A stretch of DNA of 64,000 bases from Leucoraja erinacea (Eukaryota). The DNA lies in assembly GCF_028641065.1 (NCBI RefSeq), contig NC_073386.1, positions 16,492,001-16,556,000 of the forward strand, written 5' to 3'. The notes below the pieces were generated by a model that was not told the origin of the DNA, ran no database searches, and saw nothing but the letters and a program-made list of their open reading frames with translations. A program made the position numbers and the translations under genes. Below, piece by piece: positions 59,676 through 64,000 of the stretch (positions are counted from its first letter, which is position 1; each line of letters opens with the position of its first letter).

Positions 59676-61111
59676 AAGTAGTGAGTTTTAAAATTATCTC
59701 AATTCATTGGGTTTTCAGGAGCATCATGATTTCCTATAGAAATAGTAAGTCATTTTAAATATTGGTTGTGTACATAAAAAATTTAACAATGATTTTCATT
59801 GGAAATATAATGGCAATACTTGGCGTGGGATTGAAAGGAGCATGGGACAGTATGCTGATAATGCTTTATGAATAGAGACAGCGAGGATATTAAGCCTGGA
59901 TTTTAATGACTAAACCCAAGTAGGTAGCAGGAATTTGCAATTCAGTTAGGTTAATCACTTAATAATTTTCAGTTTACACATTGTGACAATAAAACAAATG
60001 CATTTGAGTCTATGAAACCTATTTGGAGTTTCTTTCAAATTACAATATTGCAGGAGTTAAAATTAAACTGAGCACTAAAAATGGCATTTTAAAGTTAGGC
60101 AAATTTTAAGAAAATTAGTTTCTTATTCGCTGAAGGCTACCTGGTGGACTGCAGTTTTGGAACTGACTACCTTTTCAATGCTGAGTACTGCTGGATACTG
60201 CTGATCCTCTCCTGATGACATAACATGTTCATAGGAGAGTAACAGTTAAGGAGTGCATGAAACTGAACTGGCAGAAAATGTGTATCGTCCATAGGGATGT
60301 AACCAACCATCACCAAACTTGCAATTTTCACTGCACAATTCCACCCTGAATGGAACACTTATAAATTCATGAGAAATGCTGGTGTCAACCAGGTGTAACT
60401 ATTGTATTTCCTCACTATTTAGTAAATTATCATCACCTCATTGTTTTCCACATATGTTTTCACTCATCAGCATGCTGGAAAAAATTACAGACATCATCAA
60501 GGGAATATAGGGGACAAATATATAATCTACAGGAAGAAGGCTCATGATCTCCATGTCCATGAGGGGGGAGTGAGTGAATGATTCAGTGTGTCCATAAGTA
60601 GGACACTTATAAATATGCAGGAGTTTAGGAATTTGTACATTAGCATGCAGCTCAGGCAAAGGAGAGGAAGATACAACACCTATCCTTGTTCAACATTCGC
60701 GTAAACAATGCTCCATAAAGTTTGACATTTCACAAAGAAGTATGTTTTGAGATGCAATTCATATGCTTCAGAATTACTGTAATTCAGTTACGTTGTTTTT
60801 AAAGGGGAATGCTTTAGAATGCTTGTACATTTGCAGCTGTAAGTGAAAACAGAAAGAAAAAAAAGTAGGAGATAGTCAGCAGGTCAGGCACCATCTGGGG
60901 AGAGAGAGACGGCTAATGCTTCAGGCCAGAGAGTGTTCATCAAAACTGGGGAACTAAGAAAACAAGTGTGATTAAAGTGGCAGAGATGGGTGAAGGGTGG
61001 AGAGAACAGAAGGACTGTTTGTCAATGTAGGTGGAGAATGGAATGAAACATAAGCATGGTTCAAGGGCCTGGTTCAATGATTTAGGAGGAACACTCAAAC
61101 AATATAAAACT

Positions 61112-61425
61112 GATGGCACAGTGGCTCAGCAGTTGCGTTGCTGCCATTACAGTGCCAGAGACCCAGGTTTGATTTTGACTACGAGTGCTGTCTGTACAGA
61201 GTTTGTACGTTCTCCCCATGACCGCGTGTGTTTTCCCTGGGTGCTTCGGTTTCCTCCCACACTCCCAAGATGCACAGGTTTGTAGGTTAATTGGCTTCTG
61301 TAAAAATTGTAAATTGTCCCTAGTGTGTATGTCCTTGTGTAACGGGGATTGCTGGTCGGCACGGACTCGGTGGTTGAGGAGCCTGTTTGTGCTGTTTCTC
61401 TAAACTAAACTAAAACGAAACTAAT
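61112..61425 (+). mobile_element. tRNA SINE
   Basis: Head, body and (aaact)n tail. Confidence 0.85.
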
Positions 61426-61719
61426 AAAAAAACATTTATTGAAACAATAATAAAACTATAACCAAATCACAGCAAAGCAGAAAAGGAACACTGAGTCTCA
61501 CACGTCTTTCAAAACGCAGAGTCACATCATAAAGCTCATCGGTAATTTCTTAAGACATTGGACTGAAGATTTTTCTTGAAGTCACATGGAGTGTGCACTT
61601 ATATAATTAATAAGCCTGAAATTCTACCCTAATCTACAAACAACAGTTGACCATGTTTTTAAAACTAGCTGTTCTTGTTAGTACTAATAAAGTTTTATTT
61701 ATCAGAACAGGGCTAGTCT

Positions 61720-61936
61720 CATTGCTCTTTCCCTCTGGAGGGGAAACAAAGGACAATGGGGACCCAGCGTGGGGAAACTACTGTGGTGGGTGAGGGGGGA
61801 GAGGAGGGGGGGGACAAAAAGGGGAGTCGGCTTGCTTTGTAACTTTGACAGTGCCAGAGGTGGCTGCATTGTGTATGCAAGCAAAGAATCTCACTGTGCT
61901 TAGTCACATGTGACAATAAAGTATTCCTATTCCTAT
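61720..61936 (+). mobile_element. G-rich element with Rex1-type tail
   Basis: aagaatctcac-tgtg-cttagt-caca-tgTGACAATAAA + (tattcc)n. Confidence 0.6.
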
Positions 61937-62454
61937 GTCCCTGAGAAAGAAAGATTTATCTTATCTCTTACTAGGTGTCCTTGCAGCTGCATGATCAGAG
62001 ACCTTATGAGATGCTTGATTCTCCCAAATGAACCTCAGTATCACCCAAGCATCCGCTTGTCTTTCTCAGCGAGCCTTGACAAGATGTTAGTAAACAACTA
62101 AATTTTAGCAGAAAAGTTTGTTTGATCGTGACATTACATAGCCCAAGAGAGTCTTTAGAAGCCCCAAAAAAGAATTAGAACTATGCAATCTGGAATGACA
62201 CAACTGTTCTTGCCCGATATTCTATTTCAGCATTATTTTCCAGCACCATTCCTATAGAATGGAGATGTGGAGAAGTTTCTTTAGCTAGAGGGTGGTCAAC
62301 CTGAGAATAAAAATGCATTAGAATGGGAGAGTGTAAATGGGTGATTGATAATTGGCGCAGATCCAATGGGCCAAAGGCACTGTTTCTGTGCGGTATCTCT
62401 TTATGAAATCTTTTTCCTGGGGTATAAATGTCAAAGATTAAAGTTAGAGAAGCA

Positions 62455-62680
62455 ACAACTAAAGGAGATGTACAGGGCAAGTTTGTAATGCAGGAAGTTG
62501 TAGATGTCTGGAACATACTGCCAGGGATGGTGGTGGAGGCAGATATGATAGGCTTTTGGATGGGCAAATGGATATGCAAGGAATGGAGGGTTATGGATCA
62601 CGTGCAGGCAGAGGATATTAGTTTAAATTGGCATCATGTTTGATGAGGAGTTGGCCGAATGACCTGTTCCAAGGTTCCAT
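62455..62680 (+). mobile_element. Old CR1 3' end
   Basis: KGDVQGKF..QEVVDVWNILPGMVVEADMI. Confidence 0.75.
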
Positions 62681-63039
62681 GCCTTGAACAGACCTGCACT
62701 GTTCGACGTGCTATGACACCATGATTCTATGTACTCGCAATGACACAAATGCTGTCAGTGTTGTACAAGAGAAGGTGATGAATGCTTGGCAGAGGAGAGA
62801 GAAAAACAATGCTGGTACTATGAAATACAGAGCACTGCATTTGCTACAAATATGAAATAAAAGTGAAATGGAAATATGGAGCAGAACTAGAATCTGTGGA
62901 GAGAGAAAGAGTGGGATAATGTTACCTGTCAATTACCTTAAATTATATTGGCCAGTCCTGGCATAAACAAGTGAGGTTGAATTCAATATTGAATCCCAAA
63001 GGCTACTACGATGCACTGCTCTGTATACATTCAAAATTG

Positions 63040-63658
63040 TCAGGTGGACTTTACATCATAAAATACAGTGACCTCAATCCACTGCAGGGCCGGGAACCCA
63101 CTCGGTAGGCCCAGCCCAGCTCCCACGCCGTGGACCAAAGACCTGTGCTGCAGACTGGGAATCCATCCCGAAGGCCTGCCTTGCCCGCCCAGAGTAGAAG
63201 GAGTCGGACGGAGGGCTGGTAAGCAGACCGGCGGCAGGAGAGAGTGTCATGCCTCGATGGTGGAGTGGGCCACTGGAGGCCCTGCAAAAACCTGGGCGCT
63301 CGGCTGGACTGGCGCCACTCCAGGAGGCCGAGCACGTGGACTGGACACCGTCTATAGCGGTGGAGCAGCGATGGAGGACACCATGGCTGCGCTTAGCCAG
63401 GCCGACCCAGCAACATCGCCAGGACAACGGGCCTTCATGGTCAGGTCAAGAACCCTGCACTTACAAACTGGGACTTGAAATGGCGCCAAAACTGGCGACT
63501 CTGAATACTGTCTCAGAGTACTACTGCTATACACTTGTACTGCATCTGAGATGTGTATCTAAGTTATATCTAAGTGCTTATGTATAGTGATACTTGTACT
63601 AAACTGTATACAAAATTGCATGTGACAAATAAAGTACCATTAAACCATTGAACCATTG
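63040..63658 (+). mobile_element. GC-rich non-autonomous element with Rex1-type tail
   Basis: GC-rich body, ggact repeats, aaatggcgcc, gtgacaaataaa + (accattga)n. Confidence 0.55.
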
Positions 63659-64000
63659 GAAGCAGAAGTACAAGCTTAATTTGGAATAGAAAGGAATATA
63701 ACCTGATTAAGTAGTAACTCCAAACATGATAGAATAAATATGATGCTAAAAGATTGGTGGAAATATTATTAATTTGTTGTTCAGAAAATAACAAACTTGG
63801 CTTCCAGATGTTTACACTTAGTGCAAAGTGTTCAACCGGCAGCAGTAATAAAGTGATGAATGACCATTGCTCTGGAATTCATTGCTGATTTTTGTGTTTT
63901 GTGTTTGTGACAAATTCTGTAGTACAGTTTTACTATTTTACTGTTGCTTCACCCATATTGCTGTGGAATATTGATAGATTGCTACATTTAGAGTCATAGT

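Noticed and set aside
63051-63587. Overlapping 94-136 aa ORFs on both strands
   Set aside because: GC-rich repeat body lacking stop codons by composition; no protein family signature

Overview
Eukaryotic, repeat-dense non-coding DNA, most likely from a cartilaginous fish (a skate or ray). This is inferred from CR1/HER1-type LINE tails, HE1-like tRNA SINEs and abundant Penelope pseudo-LTRs. No intact host protein-coding gene is recognisable; every informative ORF is a decayed retroelement fragment (CR1, L2, Rex1/Babar, RTE-X, Tx1, Penelope) or an antisense or chance ORF. Other elements are a TIR+TSD DNA-transposon derivative, a solo LTR, and two transposon-poor blocks (about 35.8-36.9 kb and 52.9-55.4 kb) that look like conserved non-coding enhancer clusters in a large intron or gene desert. 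The strongest find is a 137-bp TSD-flanked retroposon at 28323-28459 whose first 54 nt fold into a complete minimal HDV/CPEB3-type self-cleaving ribozyme, with the predicted cleavage site exactly at the element's 5' boundary. Also notable are about 20 Penelope-derived minimal hammerhead-like motifs and a family of GC-rich non-coding elements sharing a covarying Rex1-type 3' stem-loop. Family names were assigned by eye from motifs, and boundaries of degenerate repeats are approximate.
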